From Lacipirellulaceae bacterium (GTDB lineage: Bacteria; Planctomycetota; Planctomycetia; Pirellulales; Lacipirellulaceae), in contig JBOFFC010000134.1 in NCBI GenBank assembly GCA_051648405.1, positions 4,317-68,316 of the forward strand: a stretch of 64,000 bases of DNA. The letters run 5' to 3'. A program made the position numbers and the translations under genes. Below the pieces are notes generated by a model that was not told the origin of the DNA, did no database searches, and saw nothing but the letters and a program-made list of their open reading frames with translations. This document shows positions 63,624 through 64,000 of the stretch, piece after piece (position 1 is the stretch's first letter; each line of letters opens with the position of its first letter).

Positions 63624-63743
63624 CAAGCACCAAGCACCAATGACCAAGAGGCGTTACCACGCCATCGTCACTTTGGTCATTGGTCATTGGGATTTGGTCA
63701 TTCGGCGCTTGCTCCCGCTCACTGCCCCCTGCCCACTGCCCCT
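63623..63743. repeat. stop-to-start spacer made of a W4 (GGTCATT) hairpin plus a W1 (GCCCACTGCCC) arm
   Basis: Left arm 63623-63649 (gcaagcaccaagcaccaatgaccaag) and right arm 63671-63712 (ctttggtcattggtcattgggatttggtcattcggcgcttgc), then ctcactgccccctgcccactgcccct up to the ATG at 63744. Confidence 0.55.
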
Positions 63744-64000
63744 ATGCCCGCGACTCCCAGCTCTCTGCGCGTCTACGTCAACGGCCTGTCGATCGGCACC
63801 GGGGGTGGCTACACCGTGGCGCGCGAGCTGCTGCGTCACCTGGCGCTGGTGCGGCCCGGCTGGGAGGTCACCATGGGGGTGATCGACGGGCACAAGCTGC
63901 AGAGCGAGCTCCGCGACGAGCAGCTCCCGGCGAACGCCGTGCTCGAGTGGACCCCCCGCGGCAACGCGAGCGCCCGCACGCGGATGGCGTACGAGCGGCA
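63744..64000 (+). CDS. 5' part of a probable glycosyltransferase (GT4/GT1-like N-terminus), truncated by the window edge
   Basis: ATG 63744, open to the window end: MPATPSSLRVYVNGLSIGTGGGYTVARELLRHLALVRPGWEV... Only 85 codons are visible. Confidence 0.4.
   Translation, partial: MPATPSSLRVYVNGLSIGTGGGYTVARELLRHLALVRPGWEVTMGVIDGHKLQSELRDEQLPANAVLEWTPRGNASARTRMAYER

Overview
High-GC bacterial chromosome segment (GC judged by eye, not computed). The gene content points to Planctomycetota, probably a Pirellulales-like organism: a DUF1559 prepilin-like protein, DUF1570-, DUF4159- and BatA-like proteins, MoxR/DUF58, and many signal-peptide hypotheticals. I support about 60 CDS, one tRNA-His and no rRNA, CRISPR array, transposase or integrase. 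Housekeeping genes include thiS-thiG, glnE, miaB, fmt, def, dgkA, an MBOAT pair, oxidoreductases and an LptD-like outer-membrane protein. Accessory content includes a Fic protein, an Uma2 nuclease, five probable toxin-antitoxin pairs, an AAA_14/DUF4143 ATPase, a membrane-anchored HerA/YjgR-like NTPase, tandem GTPase-DUF697 paralogues and a VWA-ExbB-ExbD-ExbD-TPR cluster. A bacterial topoisomerase VI is present, with its B and A genes separated by about 2.9 kb of unrelated genes. The most unusual signal is non-coding. Many intergenic spacers are filled, often from stop codon to start codon, by imperfect inverted repeats built from short degenerate words, of which I see six families. Three of these repeat pairs enclose small cargo genes. 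Two four-helix-bundle (23S rRNA IVS-protein/Avd-type) genes sit exactly in the cistron junctions of the moxR-DUF58-batA operon, an architecture that mirrors rRNA intervening sequences but lies inside an mRNA operon. All protein calls come from motif and family recognition by eye; no searches were run, and start codons are often uncertain in this GC-rich DNA.
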